From Armatimonadota bacterium (GTDB lineage: Bacteria > Armatimonadota > Fimbriimonadia > Fimbriimonadales > GBS-DC), in contig JBBIML010000010.1 of the NCBI GenBank assembly GCA_037444405.1, forward strand, positions 64,001 through 128,000: 64,000 bases of DNA. The letters are read 5' to 3'. This document shows positions 19,990 through 31,928 of the stretch, one piece after another. Positions within the stretch are counted from its first letter, which is position 1; each line of letters starts with the position of its first letter. The notes beneath the pieces were generated by a model, which was not told the DNA's origin, made no database searches, and saw only the letters and a program-made list of their open reading frames with translations. The translations under genes were made by a program, and so were the position numbers.

Positions 19990-20051
19990 CTGTGGAGTGC
20001 GGAAGCGCAGCTTCCACTGCCCCAGCTGTGGAGTGCGGAAGCGCAGCTTCC
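19990..20051 (+). repeat. tandem pair of identical 26-bp palindromic REP-like units
   Basis: CTGTGGAGTGCGGAAGCGCAGCTTCC at 19990-20015 and 20026-20051. Confidence 0.8.
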
Positions 20052-20100
20052 GCAGCCCTCCCAGCAGGAGAGCGCGAGCGTCAGGCGAACCAGAGAGGGG

Positions 20101-21801
20101 ATGAGCCGACCGCTGGGCTACTGGGCGCTGGTGCTGCACTCGCACATCCCCTATGTGCTGACGCATGGCAGGTCGCCTCACGGCACTGACTGGCTGGTGG
20201 AGGCGGCTGCCGAATGCTATCTGCCGCTGTGGGAGCAGACCCATCGCCTGCTTCAGCAGGGCATTCCCGCGCGCTACACCATCAGTTTCACGCCCATCCT
20301 GCAGGAACAGCTCGCCAGCCCCGCGTTCCGAACCGAGATGGCAAGCTACCTGCAGTTCAAGCAGGAGGCATCCCGCACCGATATGCAGGCGTTCCGTCAG
20401 CAGGGTATCCGCTGGCAGGCGGGGCTGGCATACTTCTGGCAGAGGTTCTATGAGCGCCAGCAGGCGCTGCTCAACGAGCTGAATGGCGATTTGCTGTCAG
20501 GCTTTCGGCAGTTGCAGGACCTGGAGGCGATCGAGGTCATCACCAGCGCGGCGACGCACGGCTACCTGCCGCTGATCGGTACCGACGAGTGCGTACGGGC
20601 GCAGGTGCTGTTAGGCGTGCAGACCTATGAGCGCTATTTTGGGCGTGCGCCGCGCGGCTTCTGGCTGCCCGAATGCGCCTATCGCCCCGCCTATCGCTGG
20701 GCGCCGCCTGTCGCCCGCGAGCTGATCCCGCCCCGTGAGCGTGCGGGCATCGAACAGTTTTTGAGCGAGGCGGGCGTGCAATACTTCTTTGTCGACACGC
20801 ACATGCTGCGCGGAGGCGAACCACTGGGCACCTATCTCGCACGGTTCCCCGCGCTGGCGCAGCTGTTCAAGCAGGCGCAGCGCGCCTATCAGGGCGAGCG
20901 AGCCGAGCGCAGCCCCTATCGCGCCTACCGGGTGCCCGCCCCCACGCCGCTCGCCGTGTTCGCCCGCGACCCGCAAACCACCCTGCAGGTCTGGAGTGGT
21001 GAACACGGCTACCCCGGCGACGCCCGCTACCTGGAGTTCCATAAGCAGCACTATCCCGGTCGCCTGCGCTACTGGCGCGTGAGCGAGAACAGGGCTGACC
21101 TCGCCAGCAAGCAGCCGTATGAGCCGTACGCGGCGTTCGAGGCGGTGCAGGCGCACGCCGACCATTTCGTCGGGCTGCTCAAGCAGGTGCTGGGCGACCA
21201 TCGCGCCCAAACAGGCGAGCCGGGCGTGCTGGTCTCGATGTACGACACTGAGCTGTTCGGGCACTGGTGGTTCGAAGGACCCGAATGGCTCGCGGCGGTC
21301 ATCCAGCGCATCGCGGGCGACCCCGATATCGAGATGCTCACCGGCTCAGAGGCGCTGGAACGCCTGCCGCCCGATGAAACGGTGCTGTTGCCCGAAGGCT
21401 CGTGGGGCGAGGGTGGGTTCCACTTCATCTGGCTGAACGAGCAGAACGCATGGGTGTGGGAGCAGCTCTATCGCGCCGAAGTGCGCTTCCTGCAACTTTT
21501 AGAGGCATACGGCGGCTCGACGCAACTTCAGCCCTATCTCCAGCAGCTGGCGCGGGAACTCTTGCTGATGCAGGCATCTGACTGGACTTTTCTGATCACC
21601 ACAGGCGCCGCGCGCGACTACGCCGAACAACGCTTCCACGACCACCAGCAACGCTTCGAGGCGATTGCGACGCTGATTGAGCAGCAGGCAGCGGGCAAGG
21701 AGCCTGACGCGCACCTGCTCGCGCTCTATAACGACAGTCGCCAGCGCGAACCCATCTTTAACCCGCTACCCCTTGACTTTTTTGTCATGGAGCGGGTATG
21801 A
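20101..21801 (+). CDS. GH57 1,4-alpha-glucan branching enzyme (DUF1957)
   Basis: LHSHIPYV, ATHGYLPL, GFWLPECAY, YDTELFGHWWFEGP, LMQASDW. Confidence 0.9.
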   Translation: MSRPLGYWALVLHSHIPYVLTHGRSPHGTDWLVEAAAECYLPLWEQTHRLLQQGIPARYTISFTPILQEQLASPAFRTEMASYLQFKQEASRTDMQAFRQQGIRWQAGLAYFWQRFYERQQALLNELNGDLLSGFRQLQDLEAIEVITSAATHGYLPLIGTDECVRAQVLLGVQTYERYFGRAPRGFWLPECAYRPAYRWAPPVARELIPPRERAGIEQFLSEAGVQYFFVDTHMLRGGEPLGTYLARFPALAQLFKQAQRAYQGERAERSPYRAYRVPAPTPLAVFARDPQTTLQVWSGEHGYPGDARYLEFHKQHYPGRLRYWRVSENRADLASKQPYEPYAAFEAVQAHADHFVGLLKQVLGDHRAQTGEPGVLVSMYDTELFGHWWFEGPEWLAAVIQRIAGDPDIEMLTGSEALERLPPDETVLLPEGSWGEGGFHFIWLNEQNAWVWEQLYRAEVRFLQLLEAYGGSTQLQPYLQQLARELLLMQASDWTFLITTGAARDYAEQRFHDHQQRFEAIATLIEQQAAGKEPDAHLLALYNDSRQREPIFNPLPLDFFVMERV

Positions 21802-21940
21802 TACAGGGTGTCGCAAGGGAGTGCGACCTTCAGCAGGAGGGCACCACTGGCAACCTCCCTGAAGCATCGGGACACGGAGGTCCCTTTCCTTTTTCGCGGC
21901 GGACCTGGGCGAGACGCTCGGGCTACGGTTGTTCTGACTT

Positions 21941-22606
21941 TCAGCCGATCACAATCACGAACTCGCCGCGCGGGGGATGCTTCTGCCAGTGGTCGATCGC
22001 CTCACTGAGCGTGCCGTGAAAAATTTCCTCGAACTGCTTGGTCATCTCGCGGCAGATGGTCACCCGACGGTCGCCCAGCACCTCGAACGCGCTCTGCAGG
22101 GTCTTCAGCAGTCGATGCGGCGATTCGAACAGCACAACAGGCGCCTCTTCCTCTTTGAGCGATTCGAAGAATCGCTGGCGGGCGCCCGCTTTGCGGGGTG
22201 GAAAGCCCTCGAATCGGAACCGCTGGGCGGGGAAACCCGCCGCGGAGAGCGCCGCCGTCACCGCGCTGGCGCCTGGCACGGGCACGACAGGGATGCCCGC
22301 CTCATGGGCTGCCTGCACCAGCGCCGCGCCCGGATCGGAGATTGCGGGCGTGCCCGCATCCGTCACCAGCGCCACATCCTCGCCCGCCTTTAGCCGCTGA
22401 ATAATCTCGCGCAGGCGAGCCGGCGGCGAATGCTCATGGAAGCTGATCAGAGGCGTTTCAATCTCGTAGCGGGCGAGCAGCTTCTTCGTGTGGCGGGTGT
22501 CCTCCGCCGCGATCAGCGCGACCGCTTTCAGCACGCGCAACGCCCGCAGCGTGATGTCCTCCAGATTGCCAATCGGCGTGGCGACCACATAGAGCTTGCC
22601 CGACAT
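21941..22606 (-). CDS. rsmI: 16S rRNA (cytidine1402-2'-O)-methyltransferase
   Basis: LYVVATPIGNLEDITLRA, AEDTR, DAGTPAISDPG, FESPHR, REMTKQFEE. Confidence 0.95.
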   Translation of the reverse strand: MSGKLYVVATPIGNLEDITLRALRVLKAVALIAAEDTRHTKKLLARYEIETPLISFHEHSPPARLREIIQRLKAGEDVALVTDAGTPAISDPGAALVQAAHEAGIPVVPVPGASAVTAALSAAGFPAQRFRFEGFPPRKAGARQRFFESLKEEEAPVVLFESPHRLLKTLQSAFEVLGDRRVTICREMTKQFEEIFHGTLSEAIDHWQKHPPRGEFVIVIG

Positions 22607-22630
22607 GGCGATTCATAAAGAGAGGCGGCT

Positions 22631-22784
22631 GCTCCGTTGCAAGGATACCCGATCGGGCTTTCTGGCACGATTGGTTCCCCCGATTGGGGGCGCGGGGACC
22701 GAGCCCGCACAGGTGTGTGGCAGGGGATAGGGGCGCGGTCCCTGCGCCCTGTTTCCCGAACGCGTTCGCTCTTTGCAACAGAGC
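22631..22784. mobile_element. MITE-like / REPIN-like element with 14-bp imperfect terminal inverted repeats
   Basis: GCTCCGTTGCAAGG ... CTTTGCAACAGAGC enclosing two GGGCGC-type hairpins. Confidence 0.45.
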
Positions 22785-22786
22785 GG

Positions 22787-23575
22787 TCATTCTTGCCTGG
22801 TGCCGATCGGTGCAAATCCGCGCAGCAGGGCACGGTTCGCGGTCGCCTGCATCAGCAGCAGGAGCAGTTTGCCCTCGTCTTTCGGGTCGCCCATGCGCAC
22901 GATAAGGGATTGCTCTTTGCGCGGTGTGCCGATGCTTTCAAGGCGCATCGACCAGCGCGGGTAGGGTCGCCCACTGCGCAGCTCCAGCCACGCGATTCGG
23001 TTCGGCGCCACCCCATACACGCGCACAGACTGCTTCTTATCGCTCCGCAGCAGGCACACGAACCGATAGCCCGCGCTGTAGAACGCACTCCACGCCCGCG
23101 CCAGACGCGGAATCGCCATCACCGCGCTCTGCACCCTGCCACCAAACAGGTCATCCGGCGTGAACAGCAGGGTGTCCTCCAGCTGGAGCTTATCCGGGAT
23201 GTAGTAGACGGGCGACTGCTCTTCATGGTCAAAGCCCAGAATGCGCGTGAGACCCTCGTCGTCCACCAGGCGTCCGATGGGCACGGTGCGCGTCGGGATG
23301 ATAGAAGTCAGCGCCTTCTCGCCCCATTCGAAGCCTCTGCCGTCGGTGTAGATAAGCGGCTTGCCGCCGGGCGGGTTGGACAGGCAGAAAATCTCGCGCT
23401 GAAGCCGGCACGGCTCGGTGCGCACCTCCTGAAACGCGCCTGAACGCCACTGATGGAAGCGAATGCGCTGCTCGTCCAGCGTGACCAGCAGGGTCGGCTG
23501 ACGCGGCAGCGCCAGCACATCGAAGCTGAGCGTGGTGGCGGGCAACGCCTCTTGCCAGACCTGAGTGAGTTGCAT
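22787..23575 (-). CDS. hypothetical protein
   Basis: 262-aa ORF co-oriented between the acyl-CoA ligase and rsmI. Confidence 0.6.
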   Translation of the reverse strand: MQLTQVWQEALPATTLSFDVLALPRQPTLLVTLDEQRIRFHQWRSGAFQEVRTEPCRLQREIFCLSNPPGGKPLIYTDGRGFEWGEKALTSIIPTRTVPIGRLVDDEGLTRILGFDHEEQSPVYYIPDKLQLEDTLLFTPDDLFGGRVQSAVMAIPRLARAWSAFYSAGYRFVCLLRSDKKQSVRVYGVAPNRIAWLELRSGRPYPRWSMRLESIGTPRKEQSLIVRMGDPKDEGKLLLLLMQATANRALLRGFAPIGTRQE

Positions 23576-23584
23576 GTCGAGATT

Positions 23585-25369
23585 CTACCGCGCCATCTCC
23601 TGAATCAGCGCTGCATATTTCTGGGCGACCACACGCCGTTTGACCTTCAGGGTGGGGGTCAGCTCGCCGCTTTCGATGGTGAAGGGGTTGGGCAGCAGCC
23701 GGAACGCCTTCACCCTCTCGAAGTCCGCCAGCTCGCGGTTGACCTTCTCGATCTCCTGCCGATAGAGCCGCAGAACCATGTCATGCTCCAGCAGGCTGCG
23801 GATATCAGTGGCGTCCAGTTCCTGCTGATGGGCGTACTCCTTGAGGTGCTCCATATCAGGCACAATCAGCGCGACGGGCGCGCTCATGCCGTCGCCGAAC
23901 ACGACCACCTCCTGAATGTAGGGGCTGGCACGCAGCAGATTCTCGATGCGCTGGGGCGCCACATTCTTGCCGTTCGCCAGCACAAGGATGTCTTTCTTGC
24001 GGTCGGTGATGTAGAGGTAGCCCTGCGCATCAAGATAGCCGATATCGCCTGTGTGGAACCAGCCGTCGGGGTCGATCACGGCAGCGGTCGCTTCCGGCTT
24101 TTTGTAGTAGCCCTTCATGATGTTCGGACCGCGCGCCAGAATCTCGCCGTCTTCGGCGATGCGAATCTCCACGCCGGGGATGGGCTTGCCCACACTGCCG
24201 AATCGGGGTGCATGAGGCGGGTTCACGGTCAGCACGGGGCTGGTCTCGGTCAGTCCATAGCCTTCCAAAATGAGGATGCCGAAGGCGTGGAAGAATTCAG
24301 CGATCTCTCTGGGCAGTGCGGCGCCGCCCGAGATGAACAGACGCAGGCGTCCGCCCGTGCGCGCCCGAATCTTCTCGCCCACCAGCCGATCCAGAACGGC
24401 ATGCAGCAGGCGGGTGGGGAAGGGGCACGGTCGCCCCTCGCGCCAGCAGCGGGAGACCACCTTGCCCACTGAATGCGCCTGCCAGAACAGCCGCTGTTTC
24501 AGGGGCGTCTGCTCCCGAACAGAGTTGAGAATGCGGTCGCGCACCGATTCAAAGAAGCGCGGCACGCCCAGCATCAGTGTGGGGCGCACTTGCAGCATAT
24601 CGGCAGCCAGCGTGAACAGGCTCTCGGCATAGGCAATCGTCAGCCCCGCATAGATGGGCAGAAAGTGCCCGCAACACCGCTCGAACACATGGCTCAACGG
24701 CAAAAATGAGAGCAGAATATCGTTCTGGTTCCACTCGATGACCTCCAGGCACGCCTCAATATTGGAGATGAAGTTGCGATGGGTCAGCATCGCGCCTTTC
24801 GGCTCGCCGGTGGTGCCCGAAGTGTAGATAAGGGTTGCCACCTCGTCGGGTTCGATGCTGCAGGCGATGCGTTGAAACTGCGATTCGGTCAGCTCGCCGG
24901 GCAGCTGGAGCAGTTCCTCGAAGGTGGTGGCAGTGCCTGTTTCATCGGGCTGGATGCTGATGAGCTTGAGCGTCAGCCCCGTCTCTTCGAGCGCCTCGCG
25001 CGCTTTGCGCAGCTGGCGTTTATCGCTGACCAGCATCGCGACAGGTTCGGCATCGCGCAGGATATCAGCCACCTGCTGGGCGGTCAGTGTGGGGTAGATG
25101 GGCACGGTGAGCGCGCCTAAACACAGGTTCGCCCAGTCGGTGATTGCCCATTCGGGTCCATTTTCGGCGAGGATCGCCACGCGGTCGCCCGCGCGCACCT
25201 CCAGCGCGTGCAAGCCACGCGCGCAGGCGAACACGCGCCGATAGAGTTCCCGATAGGTAATGGGGTGATATTCGCGGTCGCGCTTGACCAGCAGGGCAGG
25301 TTTCTCGGCGTGCTGCTCCACACTGCGCAGAAACGCCTTCGGCAGGGTGTCCACCATTATCGATCGCAC
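23585..25369 (-). CDS. long-chain fatty acid-CoA ligase (AMP-dependent synthetase)
   Basis: IYTSGTTGEPKG, FLPLSHVFER, EGYGLTETSP, WFHTGDIG. Confidence 0.93.
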   Translation of the reverse strand: MRSIMVDTLPKAFLRSVEQHAEKPALLVKRDREYHPITYRELYRRVFACARGLHALEVRAGDRVAILAENGPEWAITDWANLCLGALTVPIYPTLTAQQVADILRDAEPVAMLVSDKRQLRKAREALEETGLTLKLISIQPDETGTATTFEELLQLPGELTESQFQRIACSIEPDEVATLIYTSGTTGEPKGAMLTHRNFISNIEACLEVIEWNQNDILLSFLPLSHVFERCCGHFLPIYAGLTIAYAESLFTLAADMLQVRPTLMLGVPRFFESVRDRILNSVREQTPLKQRLFWQAHSVGKVVSRCWREGRPCPFPTRLLHAVLDRLVGEKIRARTGGRLRLFISGGAALPREIAEFFHAFGILILEGYGLTETSPVLTVNPPHAPRFGSVGKPIPGVEIRIAEDGEILARGPNIMKGYYKKPEATAAVIDPDGWFHTGDIGYLDAQGYLYITDRKKDILVLANGKNVAPQRIENLLRASPYIQEVVVFGDGMSAPVALIVPDMEHLKEYAHQQELDATDIRSLLEHDMVLRLYRQEIEKVNRELADFERVKAFRLLPNPFTIESGELTPTLKVKRRVVAQKYAALIQEMAR

Positions 25370-25544
25370 CTCCAGTTGCTATTTCTGTGCGCAATCGCAT
25401 TCTCCTGCCTGAATCCGCCCGATAAAACCGCGCTGGCGCAACAGCCAGTCGGGTCAGATGTTTTGCAAGGGCGAGGCGGCTCGTCCTTCCATCCTGTGAT
25501 GCCCCACCCATCGGGTATACTTCTGGGGCGCGTGGTGGACTGCC

Positions 25545-25690
25545 GCGCGACATCGTACCGTGCCCGACGCGCTGGGGTGCCCTGCGCGGGCGTCAGGCGC
25601 CGCAGGCAGGAGCGGGATGCTCCTGATCTACAAAGGGTGGAAAGCGCGGATGACGGCACGGGTGGAAACTAACCCAGAGGAGGTCGTGGA
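25545..25690 (+). promoter_or_regulatory. structured rpsB 5' leader (probable S2 autoregulatory site), with -10 TATACT near 25516
   Basis: CCGTGCC/GGCACGG and CGCG stems, GGGGTG and GGAAACTAACCC segments upstream of the GGAGG RBS. Confidence 0.55.
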
Positions 25691-25695
25691 AACCG

Positions 25696-26603
25696 ATGGC
25701 AACCCTAACAATGCGGGAACTTCTGGAAGCAGGGGTTCACTTCGGGCATCAGACCCGCAAGTGGCACCCCAACATGAAGCGCTTCATCTACGGCGCACGC
25801 AGCGGAATCTACATCATCGACCTGCACAAGACGGTCGAGATGTTCAATCAAGCGCAGCAGGCGATCAAGCAGATCGTGAACGAGGGCGGGCATGTGCTGT
25901 TCGTGGGCACGAAGAAGCAGGCGCGCGATGCCATCAAGGAAGCCGCCCTGCGCTGCCGCCAGTACTATGTCAACTACCGCTGGCTGGGCGGCATGCTCAC
26001 CAACTACCGCACCATCCAACAGCGCGTCCGCCGCCTGAAAGAGCTGGAACGCATGATCCAGGAAGGCGAGCTGGAGCGCATCCCCAAAAAGGAAGCCGCC
26101 AAACTGCGCAAAGAGTACGAAAAGCTGGAGCGCAACCTCGAGGGCATCAAAGATATGCCCGGACTGCCCGCCGCGCTCTTTATCGTCGACCTCAAAGAGG
26201 AGCATACCGCCGTTGCCGAAGCCAATCGGCTGGGTATCACCACCGTCGCGATTGTCGACACCAACTGCGACCCCGACGAGGTGGACTACCCCATCCCGGG
26301 CAACGACGACGCCATTCGGGCGATTCGGCTGATTGCCGGACGCATCGCCGATGCCATCATCGAGGAGAAGCAGCTCGAATGGCAGGGCGCCGAAGTGCTG
26401 CCCACCGAAATCCCCGAAGTGCAGGAAGAGGCACCGCTCTCGCCGGAACAGGTCGCCGAGTACGGCAAAATGTTCGGCGAAGAGATTGAGGTTGCTACCA
26501 CCGCATCAGAACCCGCGCCATCCCCCTCCGACGAGGAGATTATGGGCAAAGAGTGGGAGCTGATGCGCCGACACCGACTGGAAGAACTGGAGGAGGACTA
26601 CTG

Positions 26604-26604
<1 letters not shown>
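25696..26604 (+). CDS. rpsB: 30S ribosomal protein S2
   Basis: [37 protein letters not shown]. Confidence 0.98.
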
Positions 26605-28902
<2,298 letters not shown>

Positions 28903-28903
<1 letters not shown>

Positions 28904-29310
28904 TGCGGGAGTTCCTGCTCTCGATAGTGAGTCCGGAGCGTGTGGTGCTGGAGGAGCGGGTGGTGCATGTGCGCCTGCCTGGCAGTGAAGGGCACTTTGG
29001 CGTGCTGGGCGGGCATGCGCCGATGGTGGCGGAGCTGACCTACGGCATCGGCGAGTATCGCCGCGCGGATGGCGTCACACGCCGTTTCACCGTGCTGGGC
29101 GGCTTCGCGGAGGTGCTGCCCGACCGCACGATTGTGCTGGCGGACGCCGCCGAGTTAGCCGAGGAGATCGATCCCGACCGCGCACGGGTGGCGCTGCGCC
29201 GTGCGACGGAAATCCTCCAGCAGCCGCTTTCGGAAGAGGAGTTGGCTGAAGCTCGCCTCGCCCTCGAACGCGCCAAAACGCGCCTGCGTGCGCTCGGCGA
29301 ACCGGTGTGA
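28903..29310 (+). CDS. atpC: F0F1 ATP synthase subunit epsilon
   Basis: IVSPER, LPGSEG.FGVL.GHAP, GGFAEV, LADAAE; TAATG overlap with atpD. Confidence 0.95.
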
Positions 29311-29321
29311 AAAAACAGGAA

Positions 29322-29364
29322 CCCTCTCCCTGTTTTTCACAGGGAGAGGGTACGGGTGAGGGGG
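29322..29364. repeat. CCCTCACCC/CCCTCTCCC-GGGAGAGGG palindromic repeat
   Basis: CCCTCTCCCTGT..ACAGGGAGAGGG-TACGGGTGAGGGG between convergent genes. Confidence 0.8.
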
Positions 29365-30263
29365 TATCGCTGAAATTGTCGCCACACGAGCCTGGCGACG
29401 GCAACAGCGGGGCGCATCACGGGCGGGCGCAACCGCGCGTTCGGGAACGCCGCCCGAAAGCATTCCTCAAAGCGCTGTCGGAAAGGCGTCCGCCCGCGAA
29501 ACATGCCGCCTGTGATGGCTACCCGCAACGGCTCATCGGGCGCGAACAGCCCCCGCGCACAGGCAATCGCGTCGTGCGCCAGCACCGCCGCCGCATGCTC
29601 CAGAATCGCCCTCGCGCGTTCATCACCGCGTCGGGCGAGCCGTACCACCTGCGGCGCGAAGCCCGCCAGCTGATGACGCGGCACGCCCTGCTGATAAAAA
29701 AGCGGGACTAACTCGTCGAGGCAGCGCACCCTGAAATAGCGCTGCACTGCCTGCACCAGTTGCGTGTCGGGGTCGCGTCTATCCCACGCGCGCACGGCTG
29801 CCCGCACCGCCTGCAGCGCCACATCGTACGCGCTGCCCTCATCGCCCAGCAGCGCGCCCCAGCCCCCCACCGTGCGCACAAGCGAATCGTCCATAAACGC
29901 GGCAATCAGCGAACCTGTGCCCGCAATCACCGTCAGACCGTGCGCATAGAGTTGCCCCGTGCTGGCAAACGCCATGCGCGCCTCCTCGATGGCAATTGCG
30001 TGGGGGTCGCCCAGCCGCTGCAGCAGCCAGTCCCAGTTCGCCCGCGAGCCAGCCACCGTGTAGCCCAGCACCCGCACGGGTTCGCTGATGCCGCGCAGTG
30101 CGCCCTCTAATGCCGTCTCGAACGATTCGCGCTGAACCGCCTCGCTGACAAAGTTCAGATTGGCAGGTCCGCCCTCCGCATAGGCAAGCAACCTGCCATT
30201 CTCATCCAGCACGGCACAGCCTGTCTTGGTACCACCACCTTCTAAACCAACGATGATCCCCAT
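29337..30263 (-). CDS. BadF/BadG/BcrA/BcrD-type sugar kinase (N-acetylglucosamine kinase-like)
   Basis: GLEGGGTKT, IAGTGS, GGWGALLGDEGSAY. Confidence 0.85.
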   Translation of the reverse strand: MGIIVGLEGGGTKTGCAVLDENGRLLAYAEGGPANLNFVSEAVQRESFETALEGALRGISEPVRVLGYTVAGSRANWDWLLQRLGDPHAIAIEEARMAFASTGQLYAHGLTVIAGTGSLIAAFMDDSLVRTVGGWGALLGDEGSAYDVALQAVRAAVRAWDRRDPDTQLVQAVQRYFRVRCLDELVPLFYQQGVPRHQLAGFAPQVVRLARRGDERARAILEHAAAVLAHDAIACARGLFAPDEPLRVAITGGMFRGRTPFRQRFEECFRAAFPNARLRPPVMRPAVAVARLVWRQFQRYPLTRTLSL

Positions 30264-30274
30264 AAGTTTAAACT

Positions 30275-31024
30275 TTATTCTTCGGGTTTCCTCCTGTGCG
30301 AGGGTGTTTCTGAATTGAATCGCACAATCTTCTCCCAATCCAGTGTCCCTTCCTCATCCGCAAATTCATTCAGGAGATCGCGAGTAAAGCGGTTGACAGC
30401 CTTGCTCCACTCTTGTTGATACCGCTCACGCTGCTTATCAGGGTAGTCTCGCATCAGGTGCACTAATTTGAGGTAGAAATCGGGATCCCCTGTTATCTCT
30501 TGCCAGAATGCCTGACCTGAAATAATGCGATACCTTCTGCTTTTAGTAGGTTCGCTGATGCGCTTGCCATAAGAGCATCCAAGAATGGGATCGAATTGCT
30601 TGCGAAGATTTTTTAAATGCTGGCGAAGCCGATTCTGCAGTTCCTGAAACTCATCATTCATTCTGGCGGTCTGGCTGGAGTTGAAGACATTCGGTCCCGA
30701 TTTGACAGCGATAGCTTTATAGGTGTCAGTGTCGATTTCGATATCGACCCCTTTCGCGCTGGACTTTTTTCCACCACTCACTGCCAGTACGATCGGCTCT
30801 ACAAATGCATCGCCAAAGATAGTCTCATCCGATGCCTGTGTGTGAATCTGCAAAAGGTATTCGACCAGCTCCGCTGCTGTACGCAGCCCGATTGCCCGCA
30901 TCAGGTACGGATTCTTTCGTTTGAGAACCTCCCTCAAGCCCAATGTTGACAGGTTCTCTATGCGCCTTCGATAAAATTCATCTAAACATCTTTTTATTAA
31001 TAACTCTAATTCATTTATGTTCAT
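30275..31024 (-). CDS. type II restriction endonuclease (PmeII-like family)
   Basis: LKRKNPYL, ETIFG, GVDIE, AVKSGPN.FNS, SGQAFW; low GC; overlaps the MTase stop. Confidence 0.75.
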   Translation of the reverse strand: MNINELELLIKRCLDEFYRRRIENLSTLGLREVLKRKNPYLMRAIGLRTAAELVEYLLQIHTQASDETIFGDAFVEPIVLAVSGGKKSSAKGVDIEIDTDTYKAIAVKSGPNVFNSSQTARMNDEFQELQNRLRQHLKNLRKQFDPILGCSYGKRISEPTKSRRYRIISGQAFWQEITGDPDFYLKLVHLMRDYPDKQRERYQQEWSKAVNRFTRDLLNEFADEEGTLDWEKIVRFNSETPSHRRKPEE

Positions 31025-31904
31025 ATGAGACTTTCCCCTCCGCAAAAGTATATAAGTTTGGCTCCGCCTGCTCTCTGGCGATTCGCTCTTCAGCGAGACG
31101 GACATACTCCTCTTTGATTTCGATGCCGATATAGCGACGGTCCAGGCGAAGGCAGGCAATGGCGGTTGTGCCAGAGCCGATGAAGGGGTCCAGCACCACA
31201 TCGCCCGGTTCAGTGAACAGCTTGATAAACCATGCGGGCAGGTCTACAGGGAAGGTTGCTGCGTGGTAGCGATTATAGCACTCGGTTGCCATGTGCAACA
31301 CATTGGTCGGGTAAGCCCATTCGCGCCCGATCCAGTTCGCCACGCGCTTGCCGAATCCGCTCCCCGCTCGTGAGTTGAAGCGGTACAGGTCGTTCTCGCC
31401 CAGTTTCTTGAGGCGTCCGTGTCGCCAGCTGCCCATCGGCACCATCACCGCCTCCTGAAACATTTTGAACTGCCGCTGTTTCGTAAAGTGCAGAAGCCTC
31501 TCCCACGCATCGCGGAACCGATTGGGCCATTTGCCGGGATAGCAGTTCTTTTTGTGCCAGATGTATTCTTCTGTCCAGAGCCAGCCCTGCTTCCGCATCT
31601 CGAGGATGAGTTCCAGCACATAGATGTGGCGCTCGCCGTTGACCACACGCTCCTTGATGTTCAGCACGAAAGAGCCTGTCGGCTTCAGCACGCGCTGAAG
31701 TTCGGCGGCAATCGGCAGGAACCACTCTACATAGTGGTCGGGATGAATCCCGCCGTACACATTCCTGCGCTGGTCAGCATAGGGCGGCGAGGTGATGATG
31801 AGATCGACGCTCTCATCCGGCAGCTGTTTCAGCACCTCGCGACAATCGCCGTGAATGATACGGTTCAGGAACGGCGCAAGTTGTGCCTCGTAAGCCTGCT
31901 GCAT
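31011..31904 (-). CDS. site-specific DNA methyltransferase, beta class (probably N4-C)
   Basis: TSPPY, H.A.FP, VLDPFIGSGTT; start at 31904 or 31925. Confidence 0.9.
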   Translation of the reverse strand: MQQAYEAQLAPFLNRIIHGDCREVLKQLPDESVDLIITSPPYADQRRNVYGGIHPDHYVEWFLPIAAELQRVLKPTGSFVLNIKERVVNGERHIYVLELILEMRKQGWLWTEEYIWHKKNCYPGKWPNRFRDAWERLLHFTKQRQFKMFQEAVMVPMGSWRHGRLKKLGENDLYRFNSRAGSGFGKRVANWIGREWAYPTNVLHMATECYNRYHAATFPVDLPAWFIKLFTEPGDVVLDPFIGSGTTAIACLRLDRRYIGIEIKEEYVRLAEERIAREQAEPNLYTFAEGKVSYEHK

Positions 31905-31928
31905 ACTACCGAAAGTATACCTCAAGCT

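Noticed and set aside
19990..20051. Possible mini-CRISPR array
   Set aside because: Only two units, a 10-bp spacer and no cas genes; fits a REP doublet better
25370..25500. Riboswitch upstream of the acyl-CoA ligase
   Set aside because: Hairpins are present but no recognisable aptamer consensus
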